Positions 16,668 to 25,248 of a stretch of 26,805 nucleotides of DNA are shown piece after piece. The stretch comes from Candidatus Krumholzibacteriia bacterium (lineage in GTDB: Bacteria; Krumholzibacteriota; Krumholzibacteriia; WVZY01), in assembly GCA_036478295.1 (NCBI GenBank), contig JAZGDW010000160.1:1-26805 (forward strand), written 5' to 3'. Each line of letters begins with the position of its first letter. Positions within the stretch are counted from its first letter, which is position 1. A model generated the notes under the pieces. That model searched no databases, had not been told where the DNA came from, and saw only the letters and a program-made list of their open reading frames with translations. The translations under genes were made by a program, and so were the position numbers.

Positions 16668-16730
16668 GTCCTGCTGGTCTTCTGAGCCTGCACCGCGATC
16701 CGCAGCGCGGCGCCCGGGGCGTTCTAAACC

Positions 16731-17489
16731 ATGCACGATAACGTCGCGCGATTCCGTTTCTACGCCGAGCTAAACGACTTTATCCCCGCAGGCCGCAGGC
16801 AGAAGGAATTCACCTACCTGTTCAGCGGCCATCCCTCCGTCAAGGACGCGGTCGAAGCCATCGGCGTCCCCCATCCGGAAGTGGATCTTATCCTGGTAAA
16901 CGATGCGTCCGTCGGGTTCGACTATCATTTGCAATCCGGTGATCGCGTGGCCGTTTATCCGGTGTTCGAGAGTATGGATATCTCACCCGTTATCCACCTG
17001 CGCCCGGTGCCGCTCCGCAAACCCGCATTCCTCGTGGCCGGTCACCTCGGCAAACTCGCCCGCCTGCTTCGCATGCTCGGGTTCGATTCTCTCTGCCGGG
17101 AGGATCTCGATGACGCCCAACTGATCCGGACCGCGCTCGACGAGCGGCGCATCATCCTCACACGCGACCGGGGGCTTTTAAAAACTGGCGCGGTCACCCA
17201 CGGCTACTGCATACGGGCCGACGATCCGCGCGAACAGGTTCGGGAAGTACTCGTGCGCTTCGATCTTTTCTCCCAAGTGAAGCCGTTTCACCGTTGCATG
17301 GTGTGTAACGGCGTCATCGCTGACGTCGAGAAAGAAGCAATTGCCGATGAATTGCCGGAGAAAACGAAGCTATACTATAATGAATTCCACCGATGCCACG
17401 ACTGCGGCAGGATTTATTGGAAAGGCTCGCACTACCACAAAATGCAGGACACCATTCATCAACTAGCGCATGCCGATCATGCGGAATGA
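16731..17489 (+). CDS. Ub-Mut7C protein (ubiquitin-like domain + Mut7-C PIN-fold RNase with Zn ribbon)
   Basis: RFYAELNDF...SVKDAVEAIGVPHPEVDLILVN, HLGKLARLLRMLGFD, ILTRDRGLL, CxxC (CMVC) and CxxC...YWKGSH. Confidence 0.92.
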   Translation: MHDNVARFRFYAELNDFIPAGRRQKEFTYLFSGHPSVKDAVEAIGVPHPEVDLILVNDASVGFDYHLQSGDRVAVYPVFESMDISPVIHLRPVPLRKPAFLVAGHLGKLARLLRMLGFDSLCREDLDDAQLIRTALDERRIILTRDRGLLKTGAVTHGYCIRADDPREQVREVLVRFDLFSQVKPFHRCMVCNGVIADVEKEAIADELPEKTKLYYNEFHRCHDCGRIYWKGSHYHKMQDTIHQLAHADHAE

Positions 17490-17624
17490 CCTGGATCTGG
17501 ACTTTCGGCTGTCGAGTGAGGTGAGTACGTTTTCGATCTTCAAGACCGGCAGGATTTCGAAGAACCGGGTGTCTTTTGAATAGTCGACAACCCCCCATCA
17601 AAAAAGGTTATACTGTTGCTCATC

Positions 17625-18476
17625 ATGGATACCAAGAAGCAGATCACTAAAGCCAAACGGCTACTGGCGCTGCACTACGATCCCACGCTCCTGGTGCTGC
17701 CCAATATCTGGGATCCCCTGGGGGCGCGGCTTCTCGAGCGTCTCGGTTATCCTGCCGTCGCGACAGCGAGCGCGGCCGTGGCGTTTTCGTTGGGATACGA
17801 TGACGGCGAGCAGATCCGCTTCGAAGCGATGCTGGATGTCATCAGTCGTATCGCCGCCTCCGTCGAGGTGCCCCTGACTGCCGATATCGAGCGGGGTTAT
17901 GCCGACAGTCCCGATGCGGTAGCCCGGAACGTCCGGCGGGTGCTGAAGGCGGGAGCGGTTGGAATCAACATCGAAGACAGCACGGTCGAGGGCGGCCCGC
18001 TGCAGCGGGTCGATTTTCAGTGCGCGCGCATCCGGGCGGTGCGGGCGATGGCCGTGCGAGAAGGCATTCCGCTCGTGATAAACGCGCGCATCGACACTTT
18101 TCTCGGGGGCGTTTCCGGCTCTAAAGCGGACAAAGTGGCGGAGACCATTTCGCGCGCGAACTCTTATTTCGAGGCAGGCGCGGACTGCGTGTACCCCATC
18201 ACCGTTGGTGACATCGAAACACTGAAAATCATCCGCGCCGAGACACGCGCGCCGATCAACGTCTATGCGTCTGAAGGAACGGCCCCCATGCGGGAACTGG
18301 AAGCGGCGGGTATCAACCGCCTCAGCCTGGGGCCGTGGTTTCTAAAGGCCGGCCTGACCCAGATGGAAAAGATCGCCCGCGAACTTCTGCAGTACGGGTC
18401 TTATGAATGTTTTACGCGCGGGGTCATGTCCAGCGATGACGTCAGGGTGTATCTGTCCAAGGGCAAGATGCCCTGA
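17625..18476 (+). CDS. Isocitrate lyase/PEP mutase family protein
   Basis: LPNIWD...A.ATASAAVA.SLGYDDGE, PLTADIERGY, GINIED, INARID and AGADCVY. Confidence 0.9.
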   Translation: MDTKKQITKAKRLLALHYDPTLLVLPNIWDPLGARLLERLGYPAVATASAAVAFSLGYDDGEQIRFEAMLDVISRIAASVEVPLTADIERGYADSPDAVARNVRRVLKAGAVGINIEDSTVEGGPLQRVDFQCARIRAVRAMAVREGIPLVINARIDTFLGGVSGSKADKVAETISRANSYFEAGADCVYPITVGDIETLKIIRAETRAPINVYASEGTAPMRELEAAGINRLSLGPWFLKAGLTQMEKIARELLQYGSYECFTRGVMSSDDVRVYLSKGKMP

Positions 18477-18518
18477 CCCGGATTGTCAGGCGGACGAGGC
18501 TCCACACCTACGAACCCA

Positions 18519-18866
18519 ATGTTCGCTCTACTGCCACTCCTGATACTCGTGATCGCCGTAGTCGTTTCACCACTTTGGTTTTATGCGAGGAAGCGAAACC
18601 GGTGGTTCGGGTGGGACTATGCGCTCCTGACCGCCCCGCTTGCCATATGGTTTCTGCTCGTGATGGCCGGGATAGGGCCGCAGAGTCTGTCGAACATTAT
18701 CGAATTGTTTATCATTGCCCTGGTCGTTATACTTCTTCTTTACGCCCGCGTGTTCGTCATAGACGCGGCCTCGAAGCATTACCGTGTCAATTCGATGGTC
18801 GTGTTTGTTCTCGCCTGCGCCGCGCCTGTCATACTGCGGTTCACCATGCCGCTGATTCCAGAGTAA
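18519..18866 (+). CDS. Small multi-pass membrane protein, hypothetical
   Basis: Four hydrophobic segments, with SLSNIIE and terminal P.IPE. Co-oriented with neighbours. Confidence 0.7.
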   Translation: MFALLPLLILVIAVVVSPLWFYARKRNRWFGWDYALLTAPLAIWFLLVMAGIGPQSLSNIIELFIIALVVILLLYARVFVIDAASKHYRVNSMVVFVLACAAPVILRFTMPLIPE

Positions 18867-18909
18867 CCATGGCCCGCGAGAGCACACGCTCGACGTGAAA
18901 GGAATTTTC

Positions 18910-19431
18910 ATGGTTCAGAGAAAAGAATGGTTCAGCCGTAAGTTTCCATTTGACCTGCAGACGTGGATGTTCCCGAATATCGTCGAACGCCTGAGGGGAA
19001 CACCCGCCCGCCTCGAGGGCCGTGTTGCGTCTCTGTCCGGAGAAATGCTCACGCGAAGGGACGAAGACCGCTGGTCCATACAGGAAAACGTCGGCCATCT
19101 ACTCGACCTCGAACCGTTGTGGGCGGGGCGGCTCGACGATTTTGACGCGGGTCTGGAGACGCTGCGGCCGGCGGATCTGACCAACAAAAAGACGCATGAG
19201 GCAAGTCACAACGCGGCGTCGATCGACGAACTGCTCGGTGCGTTCCGTTCGTCCCGCCTGGAGATGATGCGGCGCCTCGATGGCCTCAGCGAAAAACACG
19301 TCGAGCGGGTCGCCCTGCACCCGAGACTAAAGACCGAGATGCGCGTGCTGGATCTGGCGTTCTTTGTCGCGGAGCACGACGACCATCATCTGGCCCAGAT
19401 TACGGAATTGATTCGCAAGTTCGAGAAATGA
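18910..19431 (+). CDS. DinB family protein
   Basis: WF.RKF.F...ERL.GTP.RL, WSIQENVGHLLDLE and AEHDDHHL metal-binding His residues. Confidence 0.9.
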   Translation: MVQRKEWFSRKFPFDLQTWMFPNIVERLRGTPARLEGRVASLSGEMLTRRDEDRWSIQENVGHLLDLEPLWAGRLDDFDAGLETLRPADLTNKKTHEASHNAASIDELLGAFRSSRLEMMRRLDGLSEKHVERVALHPRLKTEMRVLDLAFFVAEHDDHHLAQITELIRKFEK

Positions 19432-19475
19432 ACGCGAAACGATCGACCATTCCTGCAGGAGAAGGGAGCGTTAAG

Positions 19476-19883
19476 ATGGAACGAGTCACTGGCATCGGCG
19501 GGATTTTCTTCAAGGCACAAGACCCAAAAAAACTCGCCTCGTGGTACCGAGAGTCCCTGGGCATCGAACCGGATGCGGACGGAAGCGTCGCATTTAAATG
19601 GCGCGAGGAGGAGAACACGGACCGCCGCGGCTACACGATCTGGTCACCGTTTCCCATGGATACGAGCTATTTCGACCCGAGCGCGTCATCTTTCATGATC
19701 AACTACCGCGTCGCCGATCTAGACGCGATACTCGAACAGCTTCGCAGCCAGGGCGCCGAGGTCGACGACAAGATAGAAGAGTCCGAGTACGGGCGCTTCG
19801 GCTGGGTGATGGATCCGGAGGGGAACCGCCTCGAGTTGTGGGAACCGCCGGTCGAGAAGAGAAGCGCGGAACTCAGCTTCTAG
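19476..19883 (+). CDS. VOC (glyoxalase/bleomycin resistance) family protein
   Basis: MERVTGIGGIFFKAQDP..L..WY...FMINYRVADLD...YGRFGWVMDPEGNRLELWEP. Confidence 0.92.
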   Translation: MERVTGIGGIFFKAQDPKKLASWYRESLGIEPDADGSVAFKWREEENTDRRGYTIWSPFPMDTSYFDPSASSFMINYRVADLDAILEQLRSQGAEVDDKIEESEYGRFGWVMDPEGNRLELWEPPVEKRSAELSF

Positions 19884-20928
19884 CGTGCTTGCGCTCGTGA
19901 TCGATCAGGTAGCGTTTGCGCCAGATCCCCCCGCCGTAGCCCCACAGCTGGCCGTCGCTCCTGACGATGCGGTGGCAGGGAATGATGATGGCGAGCCGGT
20001 TGTCGCCGTTCGCTTTGCCGACGGCACGCTGTGCACCGGGACGGCCGATGTCGCGGGCGAGCGCGGCGTAGGTGCTGGTCTCACCGTACGGCACGCGCCG
20101 CAGGCTGTCCCAGACCGCGCGTTGGAACTCCGTCCCCGGCACGACGAGCGGCACGGTGAACTGCTCGAGCGTACCGTCGAAATACCGCGTCAGCTCGTCA
20201 TGCAACCGCGCGATGTGCGGGTTGCTTCCGGGCGCGACTGCGCAAGCCAGTAGTTTTCTCAGGCGTTTTATCTGGGTTTCCAGCATGCGCCGGTCGGTAA
20301 ATTCCAACAGGCAAAGTCCGTCGTCCGTGGCCCCGGCGATCATGGGCCCGAGCGGTGTGAGCACGCGGGTCACCATGACACAGGTTGCCGCCCGGCTCCG
20401 GCCCGGCGTTTCGCCAAAGAGCTTGCCGAACGCATCCCGAAAACCGCTGAGCGATTCGAAGCCGTGATCGTACGCGGTGTGTGTCAGGTCGGCGCCGTGG
20501 CGGATCTGCCCCATCGCCAGTCCGAGGCGTCTGGCGCGCTGGTACGCGTGAAACGTCATCCCGTAGTGGGCAAGAAACCAGCGGCGCACGCGTATGGGGT
20601 CGATGGACATGTCGCGGAGATCGGCGTCCTTCCAGCGCAGCGACGGGTCATCATCCACTTTCTCGAGCAGCCTCCGGAGCCACTCGGGCGCCCCGCCGTT
20701 GGGCACCAGCGGCCGGCAGCGCTTGCACGGCCGGTAGCCGGCGGCGAGCGCGTCGCGCACCGACGGGTAGAACTCGACGTTTTCCGGTCGCGGTTTCTTT
20801 GCGGGGCACGTGGGCCGGCAAAAGATACCGGTGGTTCGGACGGCGGTGAAAAAGACGCCGTCGTAGGCGCTGTTCCGCTCCACCACCGCGTGGTACATCT
20901 CGTCCGTTGAAGGCAGGAAGTTCAGCAT
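19873..20928 (-). CDS. ada: Bifunctional transcriptional activator / O6-methylguanine-DNA methyltransferase Ada
   Basis: Ada Zn-binding domain (TTGIFCRPTC...RPCKRCRP), AraC-type HTH, and C-terminal methyltransferase with active-site PCHR. Confidence 0.92.
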   Translation of the reverse strand: MLNFLPSTDEMYHAVVERNSAYDGVFFTAVRTTGIFCRPTCPAKKPRPENVEFYPSVRDALAAGYRPCKRCRPLVPNGGAPEWLRRLLEKVDDDPSLRWKDADLRDMSIDPIRVRRWFLAHYGMTFHAYQRARRLGLAMGQIRHGADLTHTAYDHGFESLSGFRDAFGKLFGETPGRSRAATCVMVTRVLTPLGPMIAGATDDGLCLLEFTDRRMLETQIKRLRKLLACAVAPGSNPHIARLHDELTRYFDGTLEQFTVPLVVPGTEFQRAVWDSLRRVPYGETSTYAALARDIGRPGAQRAVGKANGDNRLAIIIPCHRIVRSDGQLWGYGGGIWRKRYLIDHERKHARS

Positions 20929-21111
20929 GTCCAAAGGTTAGCGGGTCATAGGCGCCGCTTCCACCGAAAACTGGACACCGAATTCATTTTTTCGAAATCG
21001 TTGCCGACCGTGCTATGCTTGAATTGTCCTACGGTTGCCTGCGGGGTGGTTTGGGCTTTCCCGAACCCGACTCCGCGAGTAGCATGAGGGGGAATAACGA
21101 AGGAGGACCTC

Positions 21112-21465
21112 ATGAGCGACATTGGGATAAAGCGTTTCGACTCACCCGACGACACCCGCGTTTTCGAAAAAGGACGATTCGAAACGGTGGAGATTGGGGG
21201 CATCACGGTCGGCCGAGCCAGTTACGAACCAGGCTGGAAGTGGTCGGAGCACGTCGGGCCCGGGATCGGGCAGACGAGTTGTAATATCGAGCATGTCGGG
21301 ATGGTCGTCTCGGGCCGGGTAAAGGTTCAGATGGACGACGGAGAGGAATTCGAACTCCAGCCGGGGGACCTTTTTTCGATACCTCCCGGCCACGACAGCT
21401 GGGTAGTCGGAGACGAGCCGTACGAGTCGCTACACTTCCTGGGGGCGCGGGAGTACGCGGTGTAA
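21112..21465 (+). CDS. Cupin domain protein
   Basis: EPGWKWSEHV...C..EH.G.V.SGR...PGD.F.IPPGHDSWVVGDEP. AGGAGG RBS. Confidence 0.9.
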   Translation: MSDIGIKRFDSPDDTRVFEKGRFETVEIGGITVGRASYEPGWKWSEHVGPGIGQTSCNIEHVGMVVSGRVKVQMDDGEEFELQPGDLFSIPPGHDSWVVGDEPYESLHFLGAREYAV

Positions 21466-21633
21466 GGGGTGGGTCAGGACCTCGGCGGGTGAGCGGGAAT
21501 ACGGCGGCCGGCGAGATCCACCAGTGGGCTAACACCGGCGACGGATGGCCTGGCCTCGCTGCGATTCCTCCCGATTGGGCCGAATAGGGGCCGGTGGCCC
21601 GTGTAGACAGGGTAGCCGAAGGAGGTGGCGGAA

Positions 21634-21837
21634 ATGCTGTTCATCAACTTCTTCAACGAACGCGTGAAAAGGTTTACCATCTTCGATGTGAAGCTGGTTC
21701 AGCTGTGGGCGATATTCCTCGGCCTGATCCTGGTCAAGCTGATCCCCGGGATCCTCACGATCGATATATGGTGGTTCGTCGGACTGGCCATCCTAAGTGT
21801 GATCAGACCGATATGGGTGATGTTTCACCGTGAATGA
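21634..21837 (+). CDS. Small two-TM membrane protein, hypothetical
   Basis: FFNERVKRFTIFDVKLVQ followed by two hydrophobic helices. AGGAGG upstream. GTG 21625 is an alternative start. Confidence 0.7.
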   Translation: MLFINFFNERVKRFTIFDVKLVQLWAIFLGLILVKLIPGILTIDIWWFVGLAILSVIRPIWVMFHRE

Positions 21838-21861
21838 CGAAGATCACATAACAAGGACCCG

Positions 21862-22332
21862 ATGAAAAAATCCCTCTATCTAATCCCGGTAGTTGTCGCT
21901 TTTGTCACACCTTCGCTCGTTATCTTTTGCCTGGCGGTGTTCGTCGGGGGTATCCCACCGCTTACCGCGCTCGGGGATATCGCACGCCGTCAGTTCGCCT
22001 CCGGGGATAATCTTTTCCTTGTTGCCGTGATTGGCTTCATCCCCTTTGCGGTGCTCATTGCCCTCTTGAGGGTCGCCGCGGGCCGGCTGGCCCCACGACG
22101 GGTTTATGCCTTGTTAATCGGTGGCCTCATCGGTATTCTGGGCCTGATGGTGTTTGCGCACGTCAAAATCTGGTATCCCATGTACGGTCCCGGGCATATG
22201 TCATCGACTGCGGTCATAGGGTTCTTTTTTATTCCTTTTTATTGTATCCCAACCATGTTCATCGGCGCTGTACTCGGTTGGGCCGTGTCATTTGCGGGCT
22301 TTTTTCGGTCGGCACGGAAAGCCGACGGGTAG
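21862..22332 (+). CDS. Multi-pass membrane protein, hypothetical
   Basis: Four hydrophobic segments with an SSTAVIG motif. AAGGA RBS. Confidence 0.75.
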   Translation: MKKSLYLIPVVVAFVTPSLVIFCLAVFVGGIPPLTALGDIARRQFASGDNLFLVAVIGFIPFAVLIALLRVAAGRLAPRRVYALLIGGLIGILGLMVFAHVKIWYPMYGPGHMSSTAVIGFFFIPFYCIPTMFIGAVLGWAVSFAGFFRSARKADG

Positions 22333-22441
22333 CCGGGGCCAGGGGGCTGATCGCAACGCGGGTCCCGGAGTCACCAACAAACGCCGAAGCACCGGGACGG
22401 CAAGCGTGTCCACCCCGTGGCAAACGACGAGGAGTCGAGAA

Positions 22442-22915
22442 ATGTTCAGAAAAATCACATCCCTGGCGTGTGCATTGGCCGTTGTATTTCTCGCCGGATG
22501 CGGGTCGAAAGATGAGGCGGGGACGGCGAAGGACGCATCAGACAAGCAGGAGCCGCAGTTCGTCACCGTCCAGCACGTCCTCATTGCTTTCGACGGTTCG
22601 GTGCCGGGCCCGGCGGTCAACCGCACTCAGGAAGAAGCGAGGACACTCGCCGGCGAGGTGCTGCGACGCGTGAAGGCTGGGGACGATTTCGAAGCGTTGG
22701 TCAAGGAGTACTCGGCCGATAAACCGCCGGGGATCTACAAGTTGGCGAACCACGGCCAGCCGGGGGATCCCCCCCCAGGGGTTTACAAGCGCACGGGAAT
22801 GGTCAAGGGGTTCGGCGATGTTAGTTTCTCGCTGGCGGTCGGTGAGATAGGGATGGCGGCGTACGATTCGGTCGCGAGCAGGTACGGCTGGCACATCATC
22901 AAGCGGCTCGAGTAG
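22442..22915 (+). CDS. Parvulin-type peptidyl-prolyl isomerase, lipoprotein
   Basis: Lipobox FLAGC. VQHVLIAF...RT.EEA...GDDFEAL.KEYS.D...MVKGF.DV.F.L.VGEIG...YGWHIIKR. AGGAG RBS before ATG 22442. Confidence 0.9.
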   Translation: MFRKITSLACALAVVFLAGCGSKDEAGTAKDASDKQEPQFVTVQHVLIAFDGSVPGPAVNRTQEEARTLAGEVLRRVKAGDDFEALVKEYSADKPPGIYKLANHGQPGDPPPGVYKRTGMVKGFGDVSFSLAVGEIGMAAYDSVASRYGWHIIKRLE

Positions 22916-22938
22916 GGTGCGGCCGCGCCGCGGGCTGG

Positions 22939-24012
22939 TCACACGCCGGCGATGACCTGCATGAGTTTGTCGATATCGATGTTTCCCCCGGACACGACGC
23001 ACACGATCTTGTTTGCTCCCGCTCGGGCGCTTAGCGCATGGGTGCCGGTTGAATCGGCCCGGCCGGCGAGCGCCGCTGCGACCGGCGTCGCGCCCGCACC
23101 CTCCGCGACGATCCGGTTGCGCTCGAGAAGCAGCTTGAGCGCGGCGGCGACTTCCGCGAGCGACACGACCAGCGAAGCATCGATGAGGCTCCGTACAAGC
23201 GGCCACATTTCCGCCAGCACACTCTTGCCGCCGATACCGTCGACGAAACTCGGTGTGTAGTGCACGGTGCGGGGCTCGCCCGCTTCGAGCGAGACTTTGA
23301 GCGGCGCCGCCGTCTCCACCTCACACGCAAAAATTTTTGTATCCGGTTTCAAGGCGCGCACCGCCGTAGCGATGCCACCGCTCAAACCCCCTCCCCCGTA
23401 GGGAATGAGGATCGCGTCGACGTCGGGCAGGTCTTCCAGGATCTCGAGACCGATGGTGCCGTTACCCGCGATGACGCCGGGATCGCTCACCGGGTGGATG
23501 AACATGCCGTCCACGCCGGGGTACCGGTGCTCGATGAGCACGTTCCACCACTCGTCGAAAGGGACCTTTACGATGCGTCCGCCGAGGCGCTCGATGGCGT
23601 CGAGCTTTGTTTGCGGTGCGTGCTCGGGGACGACAACAGTGCAGGGCACCCCCATGCGGCGCGCGTTCCACGCCACCCCCTGTGCCATGTTGCCGGCACT
23701 CGCCGTGTATACGCCTCTTGCGAGCTTATCCGCACCAGCAAGCTGCATCGCGTTGCCGGCGCCTCGCAGCTTGAAGGAGCCTATCGGCTGCAGGTTCTCG
23801 AGTTTGAGGTAAACTTCGGTGGGCGTGTCGGCGTGTGGACCGTCGCCGCTGGCCGCGTGGCCGGTGTCATCGCCGCCGATTCCGCCGGTCGCGTAATCCG
23901 ATGCATCGACGTTGAGACGAACGAGCGGAGTTCGCAGGGCGGAGCCGGCAATGCGCTCGCGCGCGGCACGGATTTCATCGAGTGTCGGAGCTTCGACCGG
24001 CTTCACTCCCAC
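22939..24012 (-). CDS. PLP-dependent threonine/serine dehydratase family enzyme
   Basis: KLENLQPIGSFKLRG (PLP Lys), SAGNMAQG, PYGGGGL, EGAGA and VSGGNID. There is no regulatory ACT domain. Confidence 0.92.
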   Translation of the reverse strand: MGVKPVEAPTLDEIRAARERIAGSALRTPLVRLNVDASDYATGGIGGDDTGHAASGDGPHADTPTEVYLKLENLQPIGSFKLRGAGNAMQLAGADKLARGVYTASAGNMAQGVAWNARRMGVPCTVVVPEHAPQTKLDAIERLGGRIVKVPFDEWWNVLIEHRYPGVDGMFIHPVSDPGVIAGNGTIGLEILEDLPDVDAILIPYGGGGLSGGIATAVRALKPDTKIFACEVETAAPLKVSLEAGEPRTVHYTPSFVDGIGGKSVLAEMWPLVRSLIDASLVVSLAEVAAALKLLLERNRIVAEGAGATPVAAALAGRADSTGTHALSARAGANKIVCVVSGGNIDIDKLMQVIAGV

Positions 24013-25001
24013 ATGCCTCCGAAATCGATCGTGACCCCCGTGTTCGAGTCGACGGCTTTTCTATAAACATAATGCGCGGTGGCGAGGTCTTCGCAAGCGA
24101 TGCCCAGCGATTCGAAAAGCGTAATCTCATCCGGCGCCTGCCGCGATGGCACATTGCCCAAAAGCACCTCACCAATCTCGCCCACGATGTGGCCGTCATC
24201 GATCGCCCCTTCCTTCTTGGGGATGAGAAAGTCGCCCGCCTCGTTCAACGCCGATTCGCGCCGGTCGACGAAAAGACGCGACTTCACGACTGCAACCGTA
24301 TTCAGCTCGCGGGACTTCGGCAGGCACGCGCCGACGGCGTTTACGTGGGCGCCGTCCGCGATCCACTCGCCCGCCAGGACGGGCTTGTCCGACGACGTGC
24401 AGGTACAGATGATTTCAGCACCCGTGACCGCTTCGCGCGCCGTCGCGGCGGCGTGGATATCGATGCCGTGCCGTGCGCTCTCGCGCTCGGCGAAACGTTG
24501 CGCGTTCGCCGGCGTCCGGCTCCACACGCGCACTTCCGTGATGTTACGCGCCAGGCGCATCGCCTCGAGATGGCTTTTCGCCTGCACACCCGAGCCGAGG
24601 ATGGCGAGCTGCGACGCGCCGGGGCTCGCGAGCAGCCGTGTAGCCACGCCGCTCGCCGCCGCGGTGCGTATGGCGGTGATCGAGCTGGCGTCGATGACGG
24701 CCAGCAGGCAGCCGTGCTCGGGCTCGAAGAGAAGCACCGCCCCCTGGTGCGCGTCGAACTCCGTGCCGTGGTTGCCCGGCATCACGGTCACCACCTTGAT
24801 GCCCACGCTCTCCGGAGAGCCGAGATAGGCCGGCATCATGCCCAGCAGACCGTCCTTCTCCGGCAGTCGCAGGGCGGTGCGCAACGGATTGACCGTCTGG
24901 CCTTTGGACGCCATTTCGAGTGCTTTCGATACGACGTCCATACATTCTTCCATGGGCAGCAATGTGTAGACGTCACGTTCAGTTAGAATGTGGGTTTGCA
25001 T
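24003..25001 (-). CDS. Ornithine cyclodeaminase / mu-crystallin family protein
   Basis: GMMPAY, GIKVVTV.PGN, ITAIRTAAASGVAT, NAD-binding GSGVQA, HVNAVGA and FESLGIACEDL. Overlaps the dehydratase start (operon). Confidence 0.92.
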   Translation of the reverse strand: MQTHILTERDVYTLLPMEECMDVVSKALEMASKGQTVNPLRTALRLPEKDGLLGMMPAYLGSPESVGIKVVTVMPGNHGTEFDAHQGAVLLFEPEHGCLLAVIDASSITAIRTAAASGVATRLLASPGASQLAILGSGVQAKSHLEAMRLARNITEVRVWSRTPANAQRFAERESARHGIDIHAAATAREAVTGAEIICTCTSSDKPVLAGEWIADGAHVNAVGACLPKSRELNTVAVVKSRLFVDRRESALNEAGDFLIPKKEGAIDDGHIVGEIGEVLLGNVPSRQAPDEITLFESLGIACEDLATAHYVYRKAVDSNTGVTIDFGGMWE

Positions 25002-25120
25002 TATAGGTTCCTCATTTGTTCGCAAGAAAACGTTTACACCGCTCTGATGCGGTACGGTCGCAGGCCGCCATCATACCACAGCTGTCTCCGAAATGTCTTC
25101 GGACCCCGGCCGTTCGGTTA

Positions 25121-25129
25121 TGCTATAAT
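25121..25129 (+). promoter_or_regulatory. Extended -10 promoter (TGCTATAAT) upstream of tnaA
   Basis: TG-C-TATAAT 120 nt before the ATG. GGAGGAGG RBS at the gene start. Confidence 0.6.
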
Positions 25130-25248
25130 CGCCGTCCCGCCTGCCGGCGGCAGGTGAGCGGGGATGGAAACCGGCGCCGCGCATCGGTGCAGCCGGATCT
25201 CGAAGTCGCCGCAACGGGGCCGGGTACCGCCGGGGAGGAGGATAACGT

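Noticed and set aside
17584..17614. Promoter TCGACA-19-TATACT giving a nearly leaderless PEP-mutase-family mRNA
   Set aside because: The 19-nt spacer is non-optimal. Plausible, but too weak to call.
25130..25248. tnaC-like leader peptide or Trp attenuator
   Set aside because: The only ATG-initiated ORF (25164) has no Trp codon and runs into tnaA out of frame. A GC hairpin near 25135-25165 has no U-tract.
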